Shown here piece by piece: positions 35,358-40,997 of a stretch of DNA of 40,997 nucleotides. The stretch's first letter is position 1; each line of letters opens with the position of its first letter. The stretch covers positions 1 to 40,997 of the forward strand of contig JAZQWU010000218.1 in assembly GCA_045632505.1 (NCBI GenBank). Direction: 5' to 3'. The stretch comes from Alistipes sp. (lineage in GTDB: Bacteria > Bacteroidota > Bacteroidia > Bacteroidales > Rikenellaceae). The position numbers and the translations under genes were made by a program. The notes below the pieces were generated by a model, which was given only the letters and a program-made list of their open reading frames with translations, was not told the origin of the DNA and did no database searches.

Positions 35358-36974
35358 ATGATTAAACATTTGGTTAATCAGTTGATGCTTCTTATCGATA
35401 GCGGTAAGTTGCTTCGTAAGCCGTTCAAATGGCTGTATGTCATTTCGGGAGCTCTTTGCTTCCTCCCATTTGTAGCCTTCTTGGTTGCGGTGTTTATGGA
35501 GGGTGACAGCCTTATGGTTGAGCTCGGCTACAACTTTTGGACAAACTTTGTAAGTGTGTTCATCTTTATCCTTTTCGGATACTCGTTGCTTGTACTTGGC
35601 CTCTTTGGTTACAGATATTGGATTAACCGCAGAGATAATCTTGATACCGCTGTTAAGGCTAACTCGCGCGCTGTGGCAATTCCTCTTATTGCAGATCGTA
35701 TTCAGTGCATCGGTCAGATTAACAGCCTTCTCTTTGTGTTAATTGTGGCTAATGCTTGTGTGTTGGCGTATATAGCGTGTATGCTGACCAATGGTTTTGG
35801 CTTCTATTCTGATTGGGGCTTTATCTGGATGCTTGTCGGCGCAGTTCTCGGTATCGCAGTAGTGGCATTCCTTGCATATCTGAATCTCCTCTTTACGCAA
35901 TTTATCGCAGAGCGTATCAGACTCGTTGCACAGATTAGCAATGATGTGCAGTCGATTGCTGTGGCAAAGAAGGGCGAGGATGAGAATAGTGTAGTGGATG
36001 GAGCATTGACTCTTCCAACTATCACCGATCGTGATAAGAAACTTGCACTTGGAGCTATCGCTTTGGCCGCTGTACTCGCATTCTTTGTAGCATTGGGTAT
36101 CTCTATCGCAGACGGTGTAGTAGTGGGTAAGTCTATCTACAAGCCTGTTAAGGAGAAGGGCGTTGAGCGTGTTGCGAGAAAGCTTGATGGTTATGTTGCG
36201 TTCTATGGTGAGGTGCGCGAGGCTTGCGCTGCATCAGAGAATCAAGACACCGAAGAGACCTACGAGAAGATTAAGTACAAGAGATTGTATAAGTATCTCA
36301 ATAACTACCACCGAAATAGTGAGTATAAGGCCGATGTTTTGAAAAAGGCTGATAACGCTTATGAGAAGGAGCAGTTGGCTCCACATAAGGCGAAGGTTGA
36401 TGCCGAGGTTGCAAAGTGGAAGTCGTTTATTGAGGCTAATGATCCATCGAGATATCTCGTAGTTAAGACTCATACAAGCTACTACGAGGAGTCTATCTGG
36501 TGGTCAACATATTATCGTCCACAATTCTACTTTACACTTGAGTATCCGTTGGGTAAAATTAAGAATGCATCGGTAACTTATGTTCCTCGCAACTCGAATG
36601 GTAAGAGACATTCGCAGACAAAGTCTGATACCGAGAGCTTGGCTGACATTCGTTCTTATACCTCAAAGAATAAGGTCTACTATAGTAATGTAGATGATGG
36701 CAATTTCTGGGGTAAGTATTCGATGAGCGTAGTTATCAATAGCGTAACTCTTGAGGATGGCACCGTAATCTCTGCAAAGGCATTGGAGGAGGTTCCAAAG
36801 AGTGTTAAGCAGTATATCAAAGAGCCAACCGAGGATAATTTGGTCGCAGTTATTCGTGAACTCTGCGATTCGCAGGTTGCCTCGCGCGAGGAGTACACTA
36901 CAAAGGCTTGGAATGCAGCATTGCAGGATGAGGATGCTCTCTGCTATGATTTCGCTATTAAGTACTTGCAGTAA
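35358..36974 (+). CDS. Hypothetical membrane protein (about 5 N-terminal TM helices plus a soluble C-terminal domain)
   Basis: Long ORF with its own -7 box (TAACTTTG, 35276-35283) and terminator; hydropathy pattern. Confidence 0.75.
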   Translation: MIKHLVNQLMLLIDSGKLLRKPFKWLYVISGALCFLPFVAFLVAVFMEGDSLMVELGYNFWTNFVSVFIFILFGYSLLVLGLFGYRYWINRRDNLDTAVKANSRAVAIPLIADRIQCIGQINSLLFVLIVANACVLAYIACMLTNGFGFYSDWGFIWMLVGAVLGIAVVAFLAYLNLLFTQFIAERIRLVAQISNDVQSIAVAKKGEDENSVVDGALTLPTITDRDKKLALGAIALAAVLAFFVALGISIADGVVVGKSIYKPVKEKGVERVARKLDGYVAFYGEVREACAASENQDTEETYEKIKYKRLYKYLNNYHRNSEYKADVLKKADNAYEKEQLAPHKAKVDAEVAKWKSFIEANDPSRYLVVKTHTSYYEESIWWSTYYRPQFYFTLEYPLGKIKNASVTYVPRNSNGKRHSQTKSDTESLADIRSYTSKNKVYYSNVDDGNFWGKYSMSVVINSVTLEDGTVISAKALEEVPKSVKQYIKEPTEDNLVAVIRELCDSQVASREEYTTKAWNAALQDEDALCYDFAIKYLQ

Positions 36975-37001
36975 TTAGAAATATCTTTGTTCAACCAACA
37001 C

Positions 37002-37032
37002 AAAGGCGCTCGGTAATCGAGCGCCTTTTTTC
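37002..37032 (+). terminator. Intrinsic terminator
   Basis: AAAGGCGCTCG-GTAAT-CGAGCGCC followed by a T-run. Confidence 0.9.
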
Positions 37033-37160
37033 TGCATAAAAAAACTGTTCGGTATCGGTTTTGCAGGCGAAAAAGAGATATATATAAGTTGAACTTATAT
37101 CCGAAGTGAAAAAAGTTTAAAAATTTAGTGTTAATTTTTTCACAATTCAAAAAAATGTTG

Positions 37161-37168
37161 TATCTTTG
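37161..37168 (+). promoter_or_regulatory. -7 box of pckA
   Basis: TATCTTTG(CA) consensus upstream of ATG 37286. Confidence 0.65.
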
Positions 37169-37285
37169 CAGCGGTGAAATAGGGGCTTTTGGGAAATGAG
37201 CTGCGATTTACCTCTCGCCATCGTATGAAATGGCGAAGATTTTGAAACAGAAAGATGATGTTAAACAATTAATAAATTAAAAACT

Positions 37286-38896
37286 ATGGCTTTCAAGAAA
37301 GAAGATTTATTGAAGTATGGTATTACCGACACTACTGAGGTAATCTACAACCCATCGTATGAGCTCCTTTTCGAGGAGGAGACTAAGGCAGAGTTGACTG
37401 GCTTTGACAAGGGTCAGGAGACTGAGCTTGGTGCTGTAAACGTAATGACTGGTGTTTACACTGGCCGTTCGCCTAAGGACAAGTTCATCGTTATGGACGA
37501 GAACTCGAAGGATACTATCTGGTGGACTTCAGAGGAGTACAAGAACGACAACAAGCCTTGCTCGGAGGAGTCGTGGGCAGTGTTGAAGGGTATCGCTCAG
37601 AAGGAGCTTTCGGGTAAGAAGCTCTACGTTGTTGACGGTTTCTGCGGTGCTAACAAGGACACTCGTATGTCGGTTCGTTTCATTATGGAGGTTGCTTGGC
37701 AGGCTCACTTCGTTAAGAATATGTTCATCCGCCCTACCGAGGAGGAGTTGGTAGACTTCGAGCCTAACTTCATCGTTTACAACGCTTCGAAGGCAAAGGT
37801 TGAGAACTACGCTGAGCTCGGCCTCAACTCGGAGACTGCAGTAGTCTTCAACATCACTTCGCGTGAGCAGGTTATCCTCAACACTTGGTATGGTGGTGAG
37901 ATGAAGAAGGGTATGTTCTCGATGATGAACTACTACCTCCCATTGCAGGGTATCGCTTCGATGCACTGCTCGGCTAACACCAACGAGAAGGGTGAGACCG
38001 CTATCTTCTTCGGTCTTTCGGGTACAGGTAAGACAACTCTCTCGACCGATCCAAAGCGTCAGCTTATCGGTGACGACGAGCACGGTTGGGACGACAACGG
38101 TATCTTCAACTTCGAGGGTGGTTGCTACGCAAAGGTTATCAAGTTGGACAAGGAGTCTGAGCCAGATATCTACAACGCTATCAAGCGTGACGCTCTCTTG
38201 GAGAACGTAACAGTTGACGAGAACGGTAAGATCGACTTCAACGATAAGAGCGTAACCGAGAACACTCGTGTTTCGTACCCTATCAACCACATCGAGAATA
38301 TCGTAACTCCGGTATCGGCTGCTCCGGCTGCAAAGAACGTTATCTTCCTCTCGGCTGATGCATTCGGCGTATTGCCTCCGGTTTCGATCTTGACCCCAGA
38401 GCAGACTAAGTACTACTTCCTCTCTGGCTTCACCGCTAAGTTGGCTGGTACAGAGCGCGGTATCACCGAGCCTACTCCAACCTTCTCGGCTTGCTTCGGT
38501 CAGGCATTCTTGGAGTTGCACCCTACAAAGTACGCTGAGGAGCTCGTTAAGCGTATGGAGAAGAGCGGTGCTAAGGCATACCTCGTAAACACAGGTTGGA
38601 ATGGTACCGGCAAGCGTATCTCTATCAAGGATACTCGTGGTATCATCGACGCTATCCTCGACGGCGCAATCCTCGAGGCTCCTACCAAGAAGATTCCAGT
38701 ATTCGACTTTGAGGTTCCAACAGCTCTTCCAGGCGTAGATCCTGCAATCCTCGATCCACGCGACACTTATGCTGACGCAGCAGAGTGGGAGACTAAGGCA
38801 GCAGACCTCGCTGGCCGTTTCATCAAGAACTTCGGCAAGTACACTACTAACGAGGCTGGTAAGGCTCTCGTAGCTGCAGGTCCACACCTCGAGTAA
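37286..38896 (+). CDS. pckA: Phosphoenolpyruvate carboxykinase (ATP)
   Basis: [41 protein letters not shown] and NFEGGCYAK. Confidence 0.98.
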   Translation: MAFKKEDLLKYGITDTTEVIYNPSYELLFEEETKAELTGFDKGQETELGAVNVMTGVYTGRSPKDKFIVMDENSKDTIWWTSEEYKNDNKPCSEESWAVLKGIAQKELSGKKLYVVDGFCGANKDTRMSVRFIMEVAWQAHFVKNMFIRPTEEELVDFEPNFIVYNASKAKVENYAELGLNSETAVVFNITSREQVILNTWYGGEMKKGMFSMMNYYLPLQGIASMHCSANTNEKGETAIFFGLSGTGKTTLSTDPKRQLIGDDEHGWDDNGIFNFEGGCYAKVIKLDKESEPDIYNAIKRDALLENVTVDENGKIDFNDKSVTENTRVSYPINHIENIVTPVSAAPAAKNVIFLSADAFGVLPPVSILTPEQTKYYFLSGFTAKLAGTERGITEPTPTFSACFGQAFLELHPTKYAEELVKRMEKSGAKAYLVNTGWNGTGKRISIKDTRGIIDAILDGAILEAPTKKIPVFDFEVPTALPGVDPAILDPRDTYADAAEWETKAADLAGRFIKNFGKYTTNEAGKALVAAGPHLE

Positions 38897-39189
38897 AAAT
38901 GTTTTAAGGGGCATTTGCTTCCTTATCTTCAAAAAATGAGATGGTTACATACTTCGGTATGCGCCCATCTCATTTTTCTTTGATAGCGTTGCAACTATCC
39001 CCTTAAAAGCATTTTTACGTTTGGTACAAAAATCCCTTGCTCAGAGCTGCTTTTTTGTGTGAGGTGTTGTCGCCTCGGGGATTTTCGTATGCCTTGCTCT
39101 CATCTGCTTACAATCAGTTTTCTTTCGAGGTGGGGGCATTTTTCTTTGATAGCGTTGCAACTCCCTCCTTAAAAGCATTTTTACGTTTG
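38893..39189. repeat. Composite palindromic (REP/MITE-like) element with a duplicated right arm
   Basis: 126-bp nested inverted repeat at 38893-39018. 53-bp direct repeat at 38971-39023 and 39137-39189. Confidence 0.7.
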
Positions 39190-39223
39190 TCGCTAAATTC
39201 CTTAAACTCCCTAATAGCCTCTT

Positions 39224-39261
39224 AACAAAAAACGCCCTCGGTTTTCCGAGGACGTTTTGTT
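39224..39261 (-). terminator. Intrinsic terminator of the amidohydrolase gene
   Basis: Minus strand ACGTCCTCGG-AAAA-CCGAGGGCGT followed by TTTTTGTT. Confidence 0.85.
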
Positions 39262-39276
39262 GTATGTTCTGTAGTT

Positions 39277-40698
39277 CTACTTCTGACTCTGCTTTGCCTT
39301 GTTGTAGAAGTACTCCAATGCTGGTGGTGCATCGCCAACCAAGCACTCGAGTTTGTAGTCTTTGCCCTGTACCGACTCCCACTCGTCACGAATCTCCTTC
39401 AACTTCTTAGGGCTCTTGTAGAGCTCGATGAAGGTGAGGCAGATGGTCTTGGCTGCGTTCAACATCGCCTTAGTACCGATAGATGTACCACTGATAGATG
39501 CGAAGTGCCAAGTGTGCGAGGTCATAGGGCTGGTGCAAGTCTGCACGCGGCAGAGAGGTACCACCTGCGACACGTCGCCCGTATCGTCAGAGCCACCGCC
39601 TCTAGTAGAGACCTTCTCGCGGAACGGACGGATGCTCTCGAATTTCGAGAAGTCTACCTCGTCCTTATTGCCAGCATTATGCCACAACTGCTTGACATAC
39701 TCCTTCTCCTCGTCGGTAAGCATTACGCCACCCACCTTCTCGAGGTTGCTCTGCGCCAAACGCGCGAGGTGGTCGTTGCACAAAATAAAGTGTGTTCCGC
39801 TGACAAAGCTGTGTTTAACGGTTGTACCAGTACCCATAGCAGCACCCTCGGCAGCTGCCAAGGCGCGCTTCGACAAATCCTTCAATATCGCTGGATTTGG
39901 ATGGCGGAGATAGTAGTAGACCTGCGCCTTATCTGGTACGATATTCGGAGCCTCGCCACCATTGGTAATGATGTAGTGCATACGGCAATCAGGGTGGATA
40001 TGCTCACGATTGAGATTCATCATATAGTTGAACGCCTCCACAGCATCCAAAGCCGAACGGCCCTCGTACGGAGTAGCGCCCGCGTGCGAGGTCTTACCCT
40101 CGAAGTCGAAGAGAATTCCAATCTTTGATGATTGGGTGTTGCGGAGAATATCGTTGCGACGCGATGGGTGGTACGAGATGGCGCAATCTACATCCTTGAA
40201 CAGACCCTCGCGTACCATATAGGTTTTGCCACCGCCACCCTCCTCGGCAGGGCAGCCATACAGGCGGATTGTACCCTGATGACCCTCAGCAAGCCACTTC
40301 GACACTGCAACCGCTGCAGACAATGCGCAAGTACCGATGAGGTTGTGACCGCAAGCGTGTCCGTAGCCTCCCTCGACCACTGGTTTGTTCTGTGGAGTTG
40401 TATCCTGCGACAAACCTGGCAATGCGTCGTACTCGGCGAGTACCGCCATTACCGGCTTGCCCGAACCGAACGATGCCACGAAGGCGGTTGGAATGCCCGC
40501 AACGCCACGCTCAACCTTGAAACCGTGCTCCTCGAGGTGCTTGATATACAAGTCTACGCTCTTATACTCCATATAGCCAGGCTCGGCATATTCGTGAACC
40601 TGCTTCTGGATTTTGTCGTAGGTCGAGAAGTTTGATTCCAACCAGTCGAGTCCGACATTCGATATCAGCATTACTGATGCGAGAAGAGTCTTAATCAT
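39277..40698 (-). CDS. M20 amidohydrolase, AbgB-like, apparently with an N-terminal signal sequence
   Basis: AEYDALPG, GHACGHN, PAEEGGGGK, H.G..P..GRSALDA and GSDD.GDVS. Confidence 0.88.
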   Translation of the reverse strand: MIKTLLASVMLISNVGLDWLESNFSTYDKIQKQVHEYAEPGYMEYKSVDLYIKHLEEHGFKVERGVAGIPTAFVASFGSGKPVMAVLAEYDALPGLSQDTTPQNKPVVEGGYGHACGHNLIGTCALSAAVAVSKWLAEGHQGTIRLYGCPAEEGGGGKTYMVREGLFKDVDCAISYHPSRRNDILRNTQSSKIGILFDFEGKTSHAGATPYEGRSALDAVEAFNYMMNLNREHIHPDCRMHYIITNGGEAPNIVPDKAQVYYYLRHPNPAILKDLSKRALAAAEGAAMGTGTTVKHSFVSGTHFILCNDHLARLAQSNLEKVGGVMLTDEEKEYVKQLWHNAGNKDEVDFSKFESIRPFREKVSTRGGGSDDTGDVSQVVPLCRVQTCTSPMTSHTWHFASISGTSIGTKAMLNAAKTICLTFIELYKSPKKLKEIRDEWESVQGKDYKLECLVGDAPPALEYFYNKAKQSQK

Positions 40699-40741
40699 AT
40701 TCGGTATTTGAGTTAATAATCTTACTTAAAAAATCATTCGT

Positions 40742-40997
40742 TTACAACCACTTCTTATAGCGGAAGTAACCCATTGTCAATCCCGATGCGAGAATCATCA
40801 AGCCAATGGCAAAGATGTAGCCGAGAGGCAAGTCCCAACCATTTGGCAAGGTGTAGACCCACTCCAACTCGGGCATTACGCGGAAGTTCATACCATAGAT
40901 ACTCGCCACCAAAGTCGCGGGCATAAATACGACAGCTGCCACCGAGAAGATCTTCACAACCTCGTTCTGCTCGATGTTGATAAGACCGAGAGCCGAA
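40742..40997 (-). CDS. corA: CorA-family Mg2+/Co2+ transporter, 3' end (continues beyond the window)
   Basis: [14 protein letters not shown]...[17 protein letters not shown] with the GMN signature. Confidence 0.9.
   Translation of the reverse strand, partial: SALGLINIEQNEVVKIFSVAAVVFMPATLVASIYGMNFRVMPELEWVYTLPNGWDLPLGYIFAIGLMILASGLTMGYFRYKKWL

Noticed and set aside
37529-38932. 467-aa antisense ORF over pckA, and similar long antisense ORFs (888-1673, 14687-15622, 22130-22987, 23582-24481, 31144-32001, 32201-33106)
   Set aside because: Shadow frames opposite well-supported genes with biased codon usage; no recognisable motifs.
1-40997. tRNA/rRNA genes, IS transposases, integrases, reverse transcriptases
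   Set aside because: No recognisable signatures seen by eye; a tRNAscan/Infernal/ISfinder run would be needed to exclude divergent cases.

Overview
Bacteroidota chromosomal window, probably Bacteroidales/Rikenellaceae-like (inferred from TAnnTTTG -7 promoters, lipoprotein pilins and gene content). It has four parts. (1) 1-12.8 kb: eight + strand surface-protein genes, seven of them type V pilus/fimbrillin-like lipoproteins. They are arranged in transcription units that begin with a duplicated, structured ~125-bp leader. (2) 12.8-16.6 kb: two minus-strand accessory genes, a Schlafen/AlbA_2 fusion and an AAA+ ATPase, whose promoters share an identically spaced palindromic box. (3) 17.0-26.0 kb: a compact, intact, tightly packed 11-gene phage virion-plus-lysis operon (tail-tip-like genes, HTH, Clp-type prohead protease, major capsid, tube-like protein, portal, connector, holin, lysin). 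It has a host-type promoter, lacks integrase, replication, terminase and tape-measure genes, and sits directly upstream of comEC. This is the best candidate for an undescribed system: a domesticated, gene-transfer-agent-like particle. (4) 26-41 kb: housekeeping genes (comEC, methyltransferase, DUF2520, kdsC, CYTH, nitroreductase, HAD, rdgB, folE, pckA, M20 amidohydrolase, corA) with several structured intergenic elements. All product calls come from motif recognition by eye; no database searches were run.
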